Positions 61,065-64,000 of a stretch of 64,000 bases of DNA are shown here, one piece after another. This DNA is from Macrostomum lignano. Taxonomy: Eukaryota. Each line of letters begins with the position of its first letter. The stretch's first letter is position 1. A program made the position numbers and the translations under genes. Under the pieces are notes generated by a model, which was not told where the DNA came from, did not search any database, and was given only the letters and a program-made list of their open reading frames with translations. The DNA lies in NCBI GenBank assembly GCA_002269645.1, contig NIVC01002129.1, positions 186,001 through 250,000 of the forward strand, in the 5' to 3' direction.

Positions 61065-63195
61065 ATGTTCACCACCAGAGCTAGGCAGCTTTGCCACGCC
61101 TGCATTGTCGGGTTTCGCCAATGCCTCACGCATCCTCAATTGGTTCGTTTGGCCTCCGTTAGCGGCCGGGCTCTGCTAACCAAAGCCTGCAGCTCGCAGC
61201 TGACCGAACGCACTCTTCTGCGTCGCCTGATGGACAGGTTCGGCCCGGCCACCCGGCAGCGGTTCCGACGAAATGCCGGCCGCCTAATGCTTGGTTCGTC
61301 TCTGTTCGCCTTCGACTACGGAGTGACTGACGAAGAGTTGCAGGATTGCCTGCGCGAGTGCGCCACAGTGCGTGGGGAAATGTTTGCTACTAATAGTAGT
61401 ACAACTAATTCTAGTAGTGCTGAGAGCAATCAACAGCAGCAATCTACCGCTAAGGATAGCTGGTCACTGCTAGTTCGTCGGGACAACATCACAGTGTGGC
61501 AGAAGCCGCACGAGTCCGTATACGAATATCGGGTGTGCGGCCGCTTCTCCGATATTTCTCCTGCCGCTTTTGTTGAAGTGAGTTGCCTGTGATTGTTGCA
61601 TTCTTTAAAGAATCGAACGTGTACACAGTTTAACCTACACTAAAATCGCCCTAAAATCCCCTAAAGAAACGTCTCAAAATCCCCCTTAAGAATCGCCTCA
61701 AAATACCCCAAAAAATCGCCTAAAAATCGTCTCAAAATTGTTAAAATTTTCCCAAATAATTGCTTTAAAATCCCTAAACACATTGCCTTAGAATCCTCAA
61801 AAAATCGTCTTAATATCCTTCAAAGCATCGCCCCAAAGTCCCCAAAAGAATCGCCCAATAATCCCCAAAAGAATCGCCCCAAAATCCCCAAAAGAATCGC
61901 CCCAAAATCCCCAAAAGATTCACCCCAAAATCCCCAAAAGAATCGCCCCAAAATCCCCAAAAGATTCGCCCCAAAATCCCCTAAAGAATCGCCCCAAAAT
62001 CCTCAAAAGCATCGCCCCAAAATCCCCAAAAGAATCGCCCCAAAATCCCCAAAAGATTCACCCCAAAATCCCCAAAAGATTCACCCCAAAATCCCCAAAA
62101 GATTCACCCCAAAATCCCCAAAAGATTCACCCCAAAATCCCCAAAAGATTCACCCCAAAATCCCCAAAAGATTCGCCCCAAAATCCCCTAAAGAATCGCC
62201 CCTAAAAATCCTTTGAAGAATAAGCAAAACGCTGGCGCAACCCGCAGGTGATGGAGGACCTGGACTATCGCAAGCAATGGGACGATCTAGTGCTAGAATT
62301 GCAATACCTGAGCCGAGACCGCGACACAAACACGGACCTGATCCGCTGGGTGTCCTACTACCCCAGGCCCATGCGGCCCCGAGAGTACATCTACAAGCGG
62401 CGCTGGCGCGTGGACCCTCAGTCTGGAGCTGTCGTATTTCTTAATCGATCAGTGGCCGAAGATTTCGGACAGGCCGATGCCAGACCGGGCACAGTTCGGG
62501 TTAATGAGTACCGCAGCGATATGGTCATCTGGCCGCACTCAGGATTAAGGGATAACGGATTCGACTATGTGCTCACTTATTGCGATAATCCGCAGAGCTC
62601 AGTGCCCAGTTTCGCTTATAACTGGGTGGCTTCATCTGGTGAGTTTTTAGTTGCTAAAATAAAATACCAGAGGTTCGTCTGGTTTAGAGAATTAGGGTGA
62701 GGTTTATGGACTACTAAACTGCTCAAAATAGGGTGAGGTTTATGGACTACTAAACTGCTCAAAATAGGGTGAGGTTTATGGACTACTAAACTGCTCAAAA
62801 TAGGGTGAGTTTTATGGACTACTAAACTGCTCAAAATAGGGTGAGTTTTATGGACTACTAAACTGCTCAAAATAGGGTGAGGTTTATGGACTACTAAACT
62901 GCTCAAAATAGGGTGAGGTTTATGGACTACTAAACTGCTCAAAATAGGGAATGTTATGGACTACTAAACTAGCCGAGTGTCATGGAGTACTGAAACAAGC
63001 AAGGGTTTAATGCAGAACAATAATCAGCATACCACATCAAATCCAATTGTTACCGGCATCATGACAGGCCTACCAGACTTCATGTCCAAACTGCATCAGG
63101 CTACTAAGCTTCGCCGATCACAACAGGTTGCGGGGGGTTCGAGACCCGTATCGGCCGAGAGTGGCGGCACCTTCTCCCAGCCAATCTATTCGTAA
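61065..63195 (+). CDS. STARD7: START-domain lipid-transfer protein, STARD7-like; exons 61065-61577, 62248-62638, 63068-63195
   Basis: YRVCGRFSDISP..F.EV|MEDLDYRKQWD, RWVSYYPRPMRPREYIY, VRVNEYRSDMVIWPH, NGFDYVLTYCDNPQ, WVASSG|LPDFMSKLH; phase-consistent GT-AG introns; Arg-rich N-terminus resembles a mitochondrial presequence. Confidence 0.88.
61640..62210. repeat. 23-bp minisatellite (AATCGCCCCAAAATCCCCAAAAG)n in STARD7 intron 1
   Basis: Visible in the sequence. Confidence 0.92.
62690..62972. repeat. 36-bp minisatellite (AAAATAGGGTGAGGTTTATGGACTACTAAACTGCTC)n, about 8 copies, in STARD7 intron 2
   Basis: Visible in the sequence; explains the SSLVVHKPHPIL ORF. Confidence 0.95.
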
Positions 63196-63770
63196 ATAAT
63201 AATTTACGCCAGACATCTTAGACACAAGGAATTAGCAAAATTTACATCATTTTGAATTGAAATCATTATTGACTTTCGTTAAAAATAGAAATATCATTTC
63301 TGCCTATGTTCTAACTACTATGTAAGTAGTATACATAAGTTTTCATTATCGTTGCTGCCCTGAAGTTTTATGAAATATTTCTCTTCAGTTAATTTTTCTC
63401 TTCTTAGTCTGCTTAAAGCTGTGCCGAAAATATTTTGAAATATTAATAACATTACTAATATATTACTGTAGCTATTGTAGTAGTATTTCTGGTGTGCAAA
63501 AAAAACTATAATTTAAAAAACAAGTATACAATTAGAATTACAGAAGACGTAAGTAAGAGCTGCATTTTTTGCTGAAAAGTAAATCCTATGTACAACATAG
63601 AATGGTGACGACTTAGTACTGGCAAATATAATTAGTACTGGTAAGTAATACTGCTAATAATAATGCGGCTTTTACGGTTACATCGTTTTGTTAAAATTCA
63701 TGAAACTAAGATATTGTTTGAGTTTGTTTTATTTCTTTTTTGAAAATTAAATTGCTCTATTGCTGTAATT

Positions 63771-64000
63771 TTCACACTCAAATCCTTGTCTAGACACTCA
63801 AATTCTAATCTAGACACTCAAATCCTGATCTAGACACTCAAATCCTAATCTAGACACTCAAATCCTGATCCAGACACTCAAATCCTGATCCAGACACTCA
63901 AATCCTGATCTAGACACTCAAATCCTGATCTAGACACTCAAATCCTGATCTAGACACTCAAATCCTGATCTAGACACTCAAATCCTGATCTAGACACTCA
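63771..64000. repeat. 20-bp tandem repeat (AATCCTGATCTAGACACTCA)n running off the window
   Basis: Visible in the sequence. Confidence 0.95.

Overview
Eukaryotic, intron-containing animal DNA. TTAGGG repeats, short GT-AG introns and very long GATA/TCTG microsatellites point to an invertebrate, possibly a flatworm, but the host cannot be identified from sequence alone. 1-6215: two nested Ty3/Gypsy (Mag-like) LTR retrotransposons; the outer one interrupts the major capsid gene of an endogenous Polinton/adintovirus-like DNA virus. 6216-~15000: the viral module, with MCP C-terminus, A32-like ATPase, penton, adenain protease, a phage-tail-fibre/discoidin/L-type-lectin fibre-like gene, a 3'-truncated protein-primed PolB and adenovirus pVI/pX-like proteins. 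Most viral genes are frameshifted. A recurrent double-hairpin motif with compensatory base changes punctuates this module and is the most novel-looking signal. 17.4-23.4 kb: EnSpm/CMC-type DNA transposon genes (transposase plus a 5-exon DUF4806-like gene). 24.6-32.1 kb: a 159-bp satellite with higher-order structure. The rest is repeat-rich host DNA: hAT MITEs, minisatellites, an interstitial telomeric tract, a decayed KDM3/JMJD1 JmjC exon, a Penelope-like fragment carrying a minimal hammerhead ribozyme, a two-exon RRM-like gene and an intact three-exon STARD7-like gene. All assignments come from manual motif recognition; no database search was run.
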